Source: an uncultured Candidatus Rokubacteria bacterium
Lineage (GTDB): Bacteria; Methylomirabilota; Methylomirabilia; Rokubacteriales; CSP1-6
DNA length: 64,000 bases
Reading direction: 5' to 3'
Assembly (NCBI GenBank): GCA_963762145.1
Contig: CAVXJS010000010.1
Span: forward strand, 260,203-324,202
Position numbers and translations under genes: made by a program. Under the pieces are notes generated by a model. It had not been told where the DNA came from, ran no database searches, and saw only the letters and a list, made by a program, of their open reading frames with translations. Position 1 is the first letter of the stretch, and every line of letters starts with the position of its first letter. Positions 29,350 to 41,961 of this stretch are shown here, piece after piece.

Positions 29350-31701
29350 ATGCAGATCCGGGAGCTGCTCGACGAGCTCTTGACCTCGCTGGAGACGGGG
29401 CCCCTCATCACCGCGGTCCGGCACTTCGACGCCAAGCCCCCGGTGTTCGCCCCGTTCCCGTCGTCCCTGGATCCCAGGATCGTCGAGGCCCTCAAGGCGC
29501 GCGGGGTGCAGCAGCTCTACTCGCACCAGGCCAAGGCATTCGACACGGTGGCCAAGGGCGAGCACCTCGTGGTGGTCACGCCGACCGCGTCCGGCAAGAC
29601 GCTCTGCTACAACCTGCCGGTGCTGCAGGCGCTGGTGCAGCAGCCCGAGGCGCGGGTGCTCTATCTGTTCCCCACCAAGGCACTCGCCCAGGACCAGCTC
29701 GCCGAGCTGATGGAGCTGTCGAAGTCGCTGCCCGACATGCGGATGTTCACCTACGACGGCGACACCCCGCAGGACGCGCGCCGCTCGGTGCGGGCGCGGG
29801 CCAACCTGGTGCTGACCAATCCCGACATGCTGCACTCCGGGATCCTGCCGCACCACACCAAGTGGGTGAACCTCTTCCAGAACCTCAAGTACGTGGTGAT
29901 CGACGAGCTGCACGCCTACCGCGGCGTCTTCGGCAGCCACCTGGCCAACGTGCTGCGGCGGCTCAAGCGCATCTGCCGGCACTACGGGGCCACGCCGCAG
30001 TTCATCATGGCCTCCGCCACCATCGCCAACCCGGGGGATCTGGCCCAGCGGCTCACCGGCGAGACGGTGGTCGAGCTCAACGAGAGCGGCGCGCCCACCG
30101 GCGAGAAGACCTTCATGGTCTACAACCCGCCGGTGGTGAATCCGGAGCTCGGCATCCGCGCGCCCTATCTCGGCGAGGCGTCCAAGCTCGCCACCCGCTT
30201 CCTGAAGCAGAAGGTCGCCACCATCGTGTTCTGCCAGAGCCGGCTCTCCACCGAGGTGGTGCTGGCCTCGATCAAGAAGGGAGTCGAGGACAAGACCGGC
30301 GATTCCGGCATCGTGCGCGGCTACCGCGGCGGATACCTGCCGCTCCGGCGGCGCGAGGTGGAGCAGGGGCTGCGCTCGGGCGACGTGCTGGGGGTGGTGT
30401 CGACGAGCGCGCTCGAGCTGGGGATCGACATCGGGCACCTCGACGTCGCGGTGCTCGCGGGCTATCCCGGCACCATCGCCTCGATGTGGCAGCAGGCGGG
30501 CCGCGCGGGCCGGCGCACCGGGGAGTCCGCCGCGGTGATGGTGGCCACCAGCTCGCCGATGGACCAGTACCTGGCCGCACATCCCGACTACCTCTTCGGA
30601 GCGTCGCCCGAGCACGCGCGGATCAATCCGGAGAATCCGTTCATCCTGATCAATCACGTCAAGTGCGCGGCCTTCGAGCTGCCGATCGGAGCGGAGGAGG
30701 CCTTCGGCGGCGACGTGTCGGCGCACCTGGCCGCGCTCGAGGACGAGGGCGTGCTCCACCGGGCGGGCGAGCACTTCCACTGGAGCTCGGAGACCTACCC
30801 GGCCGACCACATCTCGCTCCGCACCGTCACCTCCGATAACTTCCTGGTCATCGACACCACCGCGCGCGACGCGGCTCAGGTGAAGCGTCGGCAGATCATC
30901 GCGGAGGTGGACTGGAAGAGCGCCTTCTCCATGATCTATCCGAAGGCGATCTACATGCTGGAGGGCGACCCTTTCGAGGTGCAGGAGCTCCACTATCGCG
31001 AGGACGAGGAGAAGGTGGCCTACGTCAAGCGGGTGGCGGTGGACTACTTCACCGACGCGATCAGCGCCAAGGGCGTGTGGATCCTCCAGCGCTTGAGCCG
31101 GCAGGAGACCCCCGGTCTGCTCGCGGAGCAGGGCGAGGTGCTGGTGGCGGAGAAGGTCGTCGGGTTCAAGAAGATCAAGATGGGCACGCTGGAGAACGTG
31201 GGCTCGGGCGAGGTCGAGCTGCCGCAGCAGGAGATGCAGACCACCAGCGTGTGGCTCACGCTGCATCCCGGGCTGCTCGCCGAGATCTCTCCGCGGCGCG
31301 ACGACCTGGTGGACGGGCTCCGCGCCCTGACCCATCTCCTCCACAGCCTGGCCCCGATCTTCCTGCTGTGCGACATCCGCGACGTGGGGGCGTGGCTCGG
31401 GGACGGCTCGCCGTCCCAGGCCGGGCAGGTGGTGACGCGCGAGACGATGCGGGCCCAGCTCCTCCAGGGCGAGACCTTCACACCGACGATCTACCTCTAC
31501 GACAACCAGCCCGGCGGCATCGGCCTCGCGGAGCGCATCTTCGAGGTGCTGCCGGATCTGCTCGCGCGCGGGCTCGAGACGCTCGGGGCCTGCGGCTGCC
31601 GGAGCGGCTGTCCCTCGTGCGTGGGGCCCGTGAACGAGGTCGGACGCCAGGCCAAGCCGATCGCGCTCGCGATCCTCAAGCGCCTCGTGGCCCGGCGCTG
31701 A
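29350..31701 (+). CDS. DEAD/DEAH-box helicase with C-terminal DUF1998/MZB domain (YprA/MrfA-like)
   Basis: 783-aa intact ORF with TPTASGKT (motif I), VIDELH (motif II), helicase C motifs (QQAGRAGRR) and a C-terminal four-Cys cluster CGCRSGCPSCVGP. Confidence 0.85.
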   Translation: MQIRELLDELLTSLETGPLITAVRHFDAKPPVFAPFPSSLDPRIVEALKARGVQQLYSHQAKAFDTVAKGEHLVVVTPTASGKTLCYNLPVLQALVQQPEARVLYLFPTKALAQDQLAELMELSKSLPDMRMFTYDGDTPQDARRSVRARANLVLTNPDMLHSGILPHHTKWVNLFQNLKYVVIDELHAYRGVFGSHLANVLRRLKRICRHYGATPQFIMASATIANPGDLAQRLTGETVVELNESGAPTGEKTFMVYNPPVVNPELGIRAPYLGEASKLATRFLKQKVATIVFCQSRLSTEVVLASIKKGVEDKTGDSGIVRGYRGGYLPLRRREVEQGLRSGDVLGVVSTSALELGIDIGHLDVAVLAGYPGTIASMWQQAGRAGRRTGESAAVMVATSSPMDQYLAAHPDYLFGASPEHARINPENPFILINHVKCAAFELPIGAEEAFGGDVSAHLAALEDEGVLHRAGEHFHWSSETYPADHISLRTVTSDNFLVIDTTARDAAQVKRRQIIAEVDWKSAFSMIYPKAIYMLEGDPFEVQELHYREDEEKVAYVKRVAVDYFTDAISAKGVWILQRLSRQETPGLLAEQGEVLVAEKVVGFKKIKMGTLENVGSGEVELPQQEMQTTSVWLTLHPGLLAEISPRRDDLVDGLRALTHLLHSLAPIFLLCDIRDVGAWLGDGSPSQAGQVVTRETMRAQLLQGETFTPTIYLYDNQPGGIGLAERIFEVLPDLLARGLETLGACGCRSGCPSCVGPVNEVGRQAKPIALAILKRLVARR

Positions 31702-31714
31702 CCCGACCGCTCCC

Positions 31715-32936
31715 GTGGCGCGTGATCTCACCGAGCTGACCCGCATCATCCGCCGTATCGAGGCGAAGAGCCGCGAGCGCCCGGCCGCGGGCTCTCCTCG
31801 ATCGCTCGAGACGCTCCTCGACGGCGCCGTCGAGGAGAACGAGCGGGGCAAGCTCCTGGTGGTCCGCCGCCGGTTCCCGGTGGGCCACCGGCACGGCGCA
31901 CAGCCGCTGCTGGCCGCGCGCGACGCCACGCCGGCCGCGCTGGCCTTGCTGAGCCGCGGCGGCGAGACGGTCACCGACGGGCGCCGCCTGCTCTACCTCG
32001 ACACCGAGACCACCGGGCTCGCGGGCGGCACCGGCACCTACGCGTTCCTGGTCGGCGTCGGCTTCTTCGACGGCGACGAGTTCGAGGTGCGCCAGTTCTT
32101 CATGCGCGATCTCGACGAGGAGCCCGCGCTGCTCACCATGCTCGAGGAGACGTTCCGGAAGTTCGACGGCTTCGTCACGTACAACGGGGCCGGCTTCGAC
32201 CTGCCGCTGCTCGAGACGCGCTTCGTGCTCGGCCGGCGACGGTTTCCCGGCGAGGTCTTCCACGTGGACCTGCTCGGCCCCGCCCGGCGGCTCTGGAGCG
32301 CGCGACTGGTCGACTGCCGCCTCGGAACCGTCGAGCAGGACGTGCTGGGCTTTCTCAGGGACGACGACCTGCCGGGCGCGTTGATCCCCACGGTGTACTT
32401 CGAATACCTGCGCCGGAAGCGGCCCGACGAGCTGCCGCGCGTGTTCGAGCACAACCGGCACGACATCCTCTCGCTCGTCGCCCTCACCGGCTGGGTCGCG
32501 GACGCGGTGGCGCGCGCGCCGCATCCCGAGCTCGATCCGGAAGCGCTCGCCGGTCTCGGCCGGATGCTCGAGGTCGCGGACCCGGAGCGGAGCCAGGCCT
32601 GCTATCGGCTGTCGCTCGACAGCGGACTGCCGACGCCCTCGCGCGAGCGCCTGCTGCTCCGGCTCGCGCACCGCGAGAAGCGCCTGGCGCGCTGGGACGA
32701 GGCGCGCGCGCTCTGGGAGGCGGCGGCCCGCGCGCCGCGCGAGTTCGACCCGCGGCCCTGGGAGGAGATCGCCAAGGTCCACGAGCACCGCCGGCGTGAT
32801 CTCGCGGCCGCCGTCGAGGTGGTGGAGCAGGCCCTCGCGCTCGCCCGGCGGCACCGGGCCTCCGCGCGGGTGCTCGCCGCGTTCGAGCACCGGCTGGATC
32901 GGCTGGGCCGCCGCATCCAGATGGGTGCCCGAGTAG
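31715..32936 (+). CDS. RNase H-like (YprB/MrfB-like) exonuclease with C-terminal TPR-like region
   Basis: LYLDTETTGLAGGTGTYAFLVG..FVTYNGAGFDLPLL..HNRHDILSL match DnaQ/RNase-H-fold YprB proteins. The uninterrupted frame runs on to 33256 across two hairpins and into lysE. The real stop is probably the out-of-frame TAG at 32934-32936, so a 3' indel is suspected. Confidence 0.7.
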
Positions 32937-32947
32937 CTTTTGTTCGA

Positions 32948-33013
32948 GCGCCGGCTTTGCCGGCGCAACCCGTTTCGGGGGAGGTTCGGAGGGGGCCGTC
33001 GAGGCCCCCTCCG
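32948..33013. terminator. two GC-rich hairpins between convergent genes
   Basis: gcgccggc-ttt-gccggcgc (32948-32966) and cggagggggcc-gtcga-ggccccctccg (32987-33013). There is no strong U-tract, so terminator function is inferred from position only. Confidence 0.45.
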
Positions 33014-33021
33014 AGCAGATC

Positions 33022-33660
33022 TTACCGACGCTCGGCAGCCAGCCTGATCCCGAGGGCGATCAGCACCGCCCCGCTCGCACCCTCGAGCCGGGCGCGCCAG
33101 AGCCGGCTCTCCACCAGCGGGCGGATGCGTACGAGCGAGAGCGAGAGCAGCGAGAGCCACACGACGCCGATGCCGATGTGCAGCCCGGCCAGCAGCAGCG
33201 ACCGCGCGAGCACCGGGTCATCCGGGCGGATGAACTGGGGCAGGAAGGCCAGATAGAAGAGCCCCACCTTCGGGTTCAGCACGTTGGTGAGCAACCCTTC
33301 CAGGAAGGACCGGAGCCGTCGGGACCCGGTCGGCACGGGATCCGCCGCCGCGGCCTTCGGCGCCGCGGCGTCCACCCGCCACCAGCCCCGGATCGACTGG
33401 ACGCCCAGGATGATGAGATAGGCCGCGCCGCCCCACTTGAGCGCCTGGAATGCCTCCGCCGAGCGCACCAGGATGAGCGAGACGCCGACCGCGGAGAGCC
33501 CGGCATGGACGACGCAGCCGGCGGCGATGCCCGCGATGGTCGCGAGCCCGGCGGTCCGGCCCCGCCCGAGAACATTGCGGGCCACCAGCAGGGTGTCCGC
33601 CCCCGGGGTCACCGCGAGCAGGGTCGCCACCAGCAGGAAGGCCCAGAGCTGCGGGTCCAT
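33022..33660 (-). CDS. LysE/RhtB-family amino-acid translocator
   Basis: 212-aa ORF with ..LLAVTPGADTLLVARN..GRTAGLATIAGIAAG.. and ..LLTNVLNPKVGLFYLAFLPQF.. motifs. Confidence 0.85.
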   Translation of the reverse strand: MDPQLWAFLLVATLLAVTPGADTLLVARNVLGRGRTAGLATIAGIAAGCVVHAGLSAVGVSLILVRSAEAFQALKWGGAAYLIILGVQSIRGWWRVDAAAPKAAAADPVPTGSRRLRSFLEGLLTNVLNPKVGLFYLAFLPQFIRPDDPVLARSLLLAGLHIGIGVVWLSLLSLSLVRIRPLVESRLWRARLEGASGAVLIALGIRLAAERR

Positions 33661-33782
33661 GGCCGCATTCTAGCCGGTGCGCCCGGGGAGGCCCACCCGA
33701 CCCTTTAGGTTTGACACACTTTGATGATTAGGGTAGCCTCACCTTCCGCTTCACCCACCACGGCAGGCGAGGGGAGACGACC

Positions 33783-34805
33783 ATGGCGGCACGAGGGACG
33801 AGACGAGGCGGGGCCCGGATCCTGGCGGTGGCGCTCGGACTGGCCGCCGGGAGCGTGGCCTCCGCGGGCGAGAGCGCGGAGGTGATGGTCTACTCGGCGC
33901 GCGCCCACTACGGGCAGGAGCCGGCGATGGAAGCCTTCACCAAGAAGACCGGCATCGTGGTCAAGAGCTTCGGCGGCGAGTCCGGTCCGCTCTTCGAGCG
34001 CCTGAAGGCGGAGGGCGACAAGACGCCGGCCGACGTACTGATCAGCGTGGACGCGGGCAACCTCTGGAACGCGGCGCGCGCGGGGCTGCTCGGCAAGGTC
34101 GACTCGCCCGAGATCCAGGCCAATATCCCGGCCCACCTGCGCGATCCCGAGAGCCGGTGGGTCGGGCTCACGGTGCGCGCCCGCACCATCATGTACAACA
34201 CCACCAAGGTCAAGCCGGAGGAGCTCTCCACCTACGAGGCGCTCGGCGACCCCAAGTGGAAGGGCCGGCTCTGCCTGCGGAGCTCGACCCACATCTACAA
34301 CCAGTCGCTGCTCGCCACCATGATCAAGCGCTACGGCGAGCCGAAGACCGAGAGCATCGTGAAGGGCTGGGTCGCGAACAATCCCACCCTCATCCAGGGC
34401 GACACCAAGGTCCTGGAGGCGGTCGCGGCCGGGCAGTGCGACGTGGCCCTGACCAACACCTACTACCTCGGGCGCATCCTCGCCAAGGACGCGACGTTCC
34501 CGGTGGCGGCCTTCTGGGCCAACCAGCAGACGACCGGGACGCACGTGAACATCTCGGGCGCGGGTGTCACCACCCACGCGAAGAACCGGGCCGAGGCGAT
34601 CAAGCTGATCGAGTTCCTCACCAGCCCCGAAGCCCAGCAGATGTTCGCCGACGCCAACTTCGAGTATCCGGCGAATCCGCAGGCGGGCGTGAATCCGGTC
34701 ATCGCCAAGTGGGGCAAGTTCAAGCAGGACGACACCAACGTCGCGGCGGCCGGCGAGTTCCAGGCGGCCGCGACCAAGCTGGCGGATCGGGCCGGCTACA
34801 AGTAA
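33783..34805 (+). CDS. Fe(3+) ABC transporter substrate-binding protein (FbpA/AfuA-like)
   Basis: 340-aa ORF with a signal peptide, ..VMVYSARAHYG.., ..ADVLISVDAGNLW.., ..CDVALTNTYYLGR... Confidence 0.85.
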   Translation: MAARGTRRGGARILAVALGLAAGSVASAGESAEVMVYSARAHYGQEPAMEAFTKKTGIVVKSFGGESGPLFERLKAEGDKTPADVLISVDAGNLWNAARAGLLGKVDSPEIQANIPAHLRDPESRWVGLTVRARTIMYNTTKVKPEELSTYEALGDPKWKGRLCLRSSTHIYNQSLLATMIKRYGEPKTESIVKGWVANNPTLIQGDTKVLEAVAAGQCDVALTNTYYLGRILAKDATFPVAAFWANQQTTGTHVNISGAGVTTHAKNRAEAIKLIEFLTSPEAQQMFADANFEYPANPQAGVNPVIAKWGKFKQDDTNVAAAGEFQAAATKLADRAGYK

Positions 34806-34812
34806 GTCCGCG

Positions 34813-36468
34813 GTGTCGGTAGGGTCCGCCGTCCGCGCGCTCGCGCGGCGGCCGGTGGGGCCGTTCCTCTGGACCTGGCTCGCGGTGGGCATCGCGACGG
34901 TGCTCGCGGTGCCCATCGCGGCCGTCGTCTCCTCCCTCGCGGCTCCCGCGGGCGACGTGTGGCTGCACCTCTGGCGCACCCAGCTCCTCGAGCTCGTGAG
35001 CCAGACCCTCCTGCTGCTGGTCTCGGTCGGCGTCGGGACGCTGGTGGTCGGGGGCGGGCTCGCCTGGCTCGTGGTGCACCACCGCTTCCCCGGGCGCGGC
35101 GTGCTCGAATGGGCGCTGATCCTGCCCCTGGCCGTACCGGCCTACGTGATCGGCTTCGCGTTCATCGGCCTCTTCGAGTACGCGGGGCCGCTGCAGAGCG
35201 GGCTGCGCGGCTGGCTCGGCCCCGGCGTGCGGCTGCCCGAGATCCGCTCCTACGGGGGCGTCGTGGTCATGATGACGCTGGTCTTCTATCCCTACGTGTA
35301 CCTGCTGGCCCGCGTGGCGTTCCGCGAGCAGGGCGCCGCCTCCGTGGAAACGGCCCGGATGCTGGGCCGCTCCCGGACCGGCGCGTTCCTGCGCGTCACG
35401 GTGCCGATCGCGCGCCCGGCGCTGGTGGCCGGCGTGGCCCTCGCGATGATGGAGGCGCTCGCCGACTTCGGCACCGTGGCCAGCTTCGGCTACCGCACGC
35501 TCACCGAGGCGATCTACCGCGTCTGGTACGGGATGTTCGATCGAATCGCGGCGACCCAGCTCGCCAGCGTGCTGCTCCTCTTCGCGGCGGGCCTGCTCCT
35601 GCTCGAGCGCCATTCGCGCGGTCGCGCCCGCTTCACCCAGAGCGGCCGGCGCGGGCCGGTGGTGGAGCCGGTGCCCCTCGGCGGGTGGCGGGCCGTCGCC
35701 GCGACCGGCGCGTGCGTGGGCGTGCTCACGCTCGCGTTCCTGCTCCCGGTGGGCCAGCTCGCGTGGTGGGCGCTCGGCGCGATCCGGGCGAGGCAGGTGG
35801 CGCCCGACTTCGGCCCGCTGCTCTGGCACACCTGCGCGCTCGCCGGCGCGGCCGCGGCGGTGGCGTCCCTGCTCGCGGTGCTGCTGGCCTACGCGGGGCG
35901 GCTGCACGGCACCGCCACGGTGCGCGTGGCGGCCCAGCTCGCCTCGATGGGGTACGCGCTGCCGGGCGCGGTGATCGCGGTGGGGGTGCTGCTCCCGCTC
36001 GCCTGGGCCGATCACGCCCTGGTGCCCTCGCTCGAGCGCGCGCTCGGCCGGCCGCTCGGGCTGCTGCTCACCGGCTCCGCGGCGGGCCTCATCCTCGCCT
36101 ACGTGGTGCGCTTCCTCGCGGTGGGCCTGCAGACGGTGGACGCGAGCCTCGGCAAGATCCCGTCGAGCCTCGACGACGCGGCGCGGGTCCTCGGCGCCGG
36201 GGCGGGGTCGGCGCTCCGTCGCGTGCACCTGCCGCTCATCCGGGGGGGCCTGCTCACCGCGATCGTGCTCGTCTTCGTCGAGACCATGAAGGAGATGCCG
36301 GCCACCCTGCTGCTGCGTCCGTTCGGGCTCAACACCCTTGCCGTGGAGATCTGGGAGCGGACCGCGGAGTCGCAGTGGCAGGAGGCGGCCGTGCCCGCGC
36401 TGACCCTGGTGGCGGTCGGGCTGCTTCCGGTGGTGCTGCTGATCCGCCTGACGTCGTCGCGGCGGTAG
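34813..36468 (+). CDS. iron ABC transporter permease (FbpB/AfuB-like, duplicated 6-TM module)
   Basis: 551-aa intact ORF with two EAA-like loops (..ETARMLGRSRTGAFLRVTVPIARPAL.. and ..DAARVLGAGAGSALRRVHLPLIRGGL..). Confidence 0.85.
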   Translation: MSVGSAVRALARRPVGPFLWTWLAVGIATVLAVPIAAVVSSLAAPAGDVWLHLWRTQLLELVSQTLLLLVSVGVGTLVVGGGLAWLVVHHRFPGRGVLEWALILPLAVPAYVIGFAFIGLFEYAGPLQSGLRGWLGPGVRLPEIRSYGGVVVMMTLVFYPYVYLLARVAFREQGAASVETARMLGRSRTGAFLRVTVPIARPALVAGVALAMMEALADFGTVASFGYRTLTEAIYRVWYGMFDRIAATQLASVLLLFAAGLLLLERHSRGRARFTQSGRRGPVVEPVPLGGWRAVAATGACVGVLTLAFLLPVGQLAWWALGAIRARQVAPDFGPLLWHTCALAGAAAAVASLLAVLLAYAGRLHGTATVRVAAQLASMGYALPGAVIAVGVLLPLAWADHALVPSLERALGRPLGLLLTGSAAGLILAYVVRFLAVGLQTVDASLGKIPSSLDDAARVLGAGAGSALRRVHLPLIRGGLLTAIVLVFVETMKEMPATLLLRPFGLNTLAVEIWERTAESQWQEAAVPALTLVAVGLLPVVLLIRLTSSRR

Positions 36469-36476
36469 CCCGCGAC

Positions 36477-36515
36477 CGCCCCTCACCCTGCCCTCTCCCC
36501 TGAGGGGAGAGGGAC
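36477..36515. repeat. REP-like palindromic element, copy D (single unit)
   Basis: cgcccctcaccctgccctctcccc-tga-ggggagagggac, between the convergent permease and ATPase genes. Confidence 0.65.
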
Positions 36516-36527
36516 ATGAGGTGGGGA

Positions 36528-37556
<1,029 letters not shown>

Positions 37557-37558
37557 GG

Positions 37559-38554
37559 CTAGGCGCGCTTCAGGGCCTCGGGATTCACCGGGGACGGCGG
37601 CGTCTTGCCCTCCAGGACCGCCAGGCAGTTCTCCACCGCGAGCGTGGCCATCTGAAGCCGCGTCTCGTGCGAGGCGCTCGCGATGTGGGGCGCCAGCACG
37701 ACGTTGGACAGGTCGATCAGCCCCGGGTGCACCGTCGGCTCCTCCTCGAACACGTCGAGGCCCGCGCCCGCGATCCGGCCCTCGGTGAGGGCGGCCACCA
37801 GCGCCGCCTCGTCCACCACCGGGCCGCGCGCCGCGTTGATCAGGTACGCGGTCTTCTTCATGGTCCGCAGGGACTCGGCGTTGATCAGGTGGCGCGTCTC
37901 GGGGATGAGCGGGGTGTGCAGGGTCACGAAGTCGGACTCCCGCAGCAGGGTGGCCAGGTCGACGCGGGTGGCGTTGAGCTGGCGCTCGGTGGCGGGGTCC
38001 GCGGCCACCGCGTCCTGGTAGAGCACGCGCATGCCGAAGCCCAGGGCGCGCCGGGCCATGGCCCGCCCGATGCGGCCGAAGCCGACCACGCCGAGCGTCT
38101 TGCCGTGGACGTCGCCGCCCTGCAGCAGCATGTACTCCCACTGGCGGAAACGGCCCTCGCGCGTGTAGCGATCGGCCTCCACCAGGCGTCGGGCCGTCGC
38201 CATGAGCAGGGTCCAGGCGAAGTCGGCGGTGGTATCGGTCAGGACGTCGGGGGTGTTGGTGACCACGACGCCGCGCCGGGTGCAGGCCGCCACGTCCACG
38301 TTGTTGTAGCCCACCGCGACGTTGGAGACCACGCGGAGGCCCGGCCGCGCCGCGAGCAGCGCCTCGTCGATGACCTCGCTGATCACGCAGATCAGGCCCT
38401 GCTTGCCGGCCAGGCGCTCGAGCAGCTCCGCCCGAGGCATGGGCGCGTCCTTGGCGTACGCGTCCACCTCCGCGCGGCTCCGGGCGAACTGGACCGCTGG
38501 CTCGGGGAGCTGACGCGAGATCAAGACCGCGGGTCTACCGGCGCCAGTGGCCAT
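37559..38554 (-). CDS. D-2-hydroxyacid dehydrogenase (glyoxylate/hydroxypyruvate reductase-like)
   Basis: 331-aa ORF with GVVGFGRIGRAMARR (NAD binding), ..LINAARGPVVDE.. and ..APHIASAS... Confidence 0.85.
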   Translation of the reverse strand: MATGAGRPAVLISRQLPEPAVQFARSRAEVDAYAKDAPMPRAELLERLAGKQGLICVISEVIDEALLAARPGLRVVSNVAVGYNNVDVAACTRRGVVVTNTPDVLTDTTADFAWTLLMATARRLVEADRYTREGRFRQWEYMLLQGGDVHGKTLGVVGFGRIGRAMARRALGFGMRVLYQDAVAADPATERQLNATRVDLATLLRESDFVTLHTPLIPETRHLINAESLRTMKKTAYLINAARGPVVDEAALVAALTEGRIAGAGLDVFEEEPTVHPGLIDLSNVVLAPHIASASHETRLQMATLAVENCLAVLEGKTPPSPVNPEALKRA

Positions 38555-38598
38555 GGATTTACCTTTCCAAGGTGCTTATTTTCAAGGCTATTTTGAAA

Positions 38599-38626
38599 TT
38601 GACATCGTCGGAAGCGCTGCTATATT
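38599..38626 (+). promoter_or_regulatory. sigma-70-type promoter candidate for groESL (TTGACA-16 nt-TATATT)
   Basis: ttgaca at 38599-38604 and tatatt at 38621-38626, immediately overlapping the CIRCE operator. Confidence 0.55.
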
Positions 38627-38651
38627 AGCACTCGGCTTGGTTGAGTGCTAA
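38625..38651 (+). promoter_or_regulatory. CIRCE element (HrcA operator)
   Basis: TTAGCACTC-ggcttggtt-GAGTGCTAA, a perfect match to the CIRCE consensus TTAGCACTC-N9-GAGTGCTAA, 60 nt upstream of groES. Confidence 0.9.
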
Positions 38652-38710
38652 GCTCTGCAGCGGGACAACCCGCAAGGCCCAACATCTTACTATCTGGAGG
38701 CGCGTTGACT

Positions 38711-38998
38711 ATGAAGATTCGTCCGTTGCATGACCGAATTCTCGTGAAGCGGGAGGAGGAGAAAGAGGTCAAGAAGGGCGGGATCATCATCCCGGACACC
38801 GCGAAGGAAAAGCCCCAGGAGGGGAAGGTCGTCGCGGTGGGGGGCGGGAAGGTGAACGAGGACGGCAAGAAGATCCCCCTCGACGTGAAGGCCGGCGACA
38901 AGATCCTCTTCGGCAAGTACTCGGGCTCCGAGGTGAAGCTGGACGACGAGGAGTACCTGATCCTGCGCGAGGAGGACGTGCTCGCCATCATCGAATAG
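38711..38998 (+). CDS. groES: co-chaperonin GroES
   Basis: [44 protein letters not shown]... (95 aa). Confidence 0.95.
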   Translation: MKIRPLHDRILVKREEEKEVKKGGIIIPDTAKEKPQEGKVVAVGGGKVNEDGKKIPLDVKAGDKILFGKYSGSEVKLDDEEYLILREEDVLAIIE

Positions 38999-39120
38999 CC
39001 CCCGGAAGGGGAATAGCTCTCCGGAAGAGCGGCGAGGGGATCGAAGCGCGCAACCCAAACGAACCCGGTCGGGCCCGGTAGCGGGCGCGGCCAATTCCAT
39101 CGAATCGGAGGAGACTCAGC

Positions 39121-40740
<1,620 letters not shown>

Positions 40741-40772
40741 GCCCGGCGAGCACCGCCGGATCCGCGGAGCGC

Positions 40773-40810
40773 GGCCCTTGCCGGCGACGGCAAGGGCCGT
40801 ACTCTTTCTT
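40773..40810 (+). terminator. intrinsic terminator candidate after groEL
   Basis: Perfect 11-bp stem ggcccttgccg-gcga-cggcaagggcc followed by gtactctttctt. Confidence 0.65.
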
Positions 40811-40905
40811 GCACTCTTGACCGAGGTTGTCTTTCGCGGCAGCCTCTGGTAACGTTAAGCGCTTCAAATAGCGAGACTTAGCGAAATTGGCGAGGAGGTG
40901 AGTGC

Positions 40906-41250
40906 TTGTACCCGTACGAGACCCTAATGATCCTGGATCCCAGGCTGAACGAGGAAGAAGTCGCCGCGCTCCTCACGAAGGTGCAGGACACGCTCAAGAC
41001 GCTCGGCGGTGAGATCGGCAAGGCGGAGAGCTGGGGCAAGCGACGGCTGGCCTACGACATGCGCAAGCAGCGCGAGGGCACCTACGCGGTCCTCGAGTCC
41101 AAGGCGGAGCCCGCGACCATCAAGGAGTTCGAGCGCCAGCTGAAGCTCAACGAGCAGGTCCTCCGGTATTTCACGACCCGCGTCCCGGCCCCCAAGCGGG
41201 TCCGGACGGCGCCGAAGCCGCCGGCTCCGGCAGTGGAGGAGGTCGTCTGA
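40906..41250 (+). CDS. rpsF: 30S ribosomal protein S6
   Basis: YPYETLMILDPRLNEEEV..WGKRRLAYDMRKQREGTY.. with a TTG start. Confidence 0.9.
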   Translation: MYPYETLMILDPRLNEEEVAALLTKVQDTLKTLGGEIGKAESWGKRRLAYDMRKQREGTYAVLESKAEPATIKEFERQLKLNEQVLRYFTTRVPAPKRVRTAPKPPAPAVEEVV

Positions 41251-41666
41251 TGGCGAACCTGAACCGAGTGTTCCTGATCGGCAATCTGACGCGGACTCCG
41301 GAGCTGCGATACACGCCGAGCGGCACCGCGGTGGCCGACCTCCGGCTGGCCGTCAACCGGAACTACACCACCCAGGGTGGGGAGAAGCGCGAAGAGACCT
41401 GCTTCCTCACGGTGGTCGTGTGGGGCAAGCAGGCCGAGAGCTGCGGCGAGTACCTCGACAAGGGCAGCCCGATCATGGTCGAGGGGCGGCTGCAGACTCG
41501 CGACTGGGAAACCAAGGACGGTCAGAAGCGCAGCGTCGTCGAGGTCGTGGCGGAGCGGGTCCAGTTCATGGGACGTAGCAAGTCCGCCGCGGCCGCCGCA
41601 CCGGGAAGCGTGCCCGAGCCGGTCGAGGCGGGCGCCGGCGAGGCCGACGACGAGGTACCGTTCTAG
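41250..41666 (+). CDS. ssb: single-stranded DNA-binding protein
   Basis: MANLNRVFLIGNLTRTPELRYTPSGTAVADLRLAVNR.., an OB fold, and the acidic tail ..DDEVPF. Confidence 0.92.
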   Translation: MANLNRVFLIGNLTRTPELRYTPSGTAVADLRLAVNRNYTTQGGEKREETCFLTVVVWGKQAESCGEYLDKGSPIMVEGRLQTRDWETKDGQKRSVVEVVAERVQFMGRSKSAAAAAPGSVPEPVEAGAGEADDEVPF

Positions 41667-41711
41667 CTAGCCCGTTCAGATTAGGTCCCGTTCCAAGAGG
41701 AGGAACAAGCC

Positions 41712-41957
41712 ATTCCGCCAGGTGGAAAGCCCGTCAAGCGGCGCCGGTTCGGTCGCCGCAAGGTTTGCAAGTTCTGCGTCGACCGGGTCAGCCTCGTCGA
41801 CTACAAGGATATTCGCCGGCTCCGCAACTTCGTCTCGGAGCGCGGCAAGATCACCCCGCGCCGCATCTCGGGGAGCTGCGCCCGCCATCAGCGGCAGCTC
41901 ACCCGCGCCGTCCGTCGCGCGCGGACGGTGGCCCTGCTCGCCCAGACCGCCGAGTGA
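41712..41957 (+). CDS. rpsR: 30S ribosomal protein S18 (start unresolved)
   Basis: A frame not listed in the ORF track reads ..[68 protein letters not shown]... No ATG/GTG lies in frame after the stop at 41682. Either ATT at 41712 is used, or a 1-nt indel separates the out-of-frame GTG at 41722. Confidence 0.8.
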   Translation: MPPGGKPVKRRRFGRRKVCKFCVDRVSLVDYKDIRRLRNFVSERGKITPRRISGSCARHQRQLTRAVRRARTVALLAQTAE

Positions 41958-41961
41958 CGCC

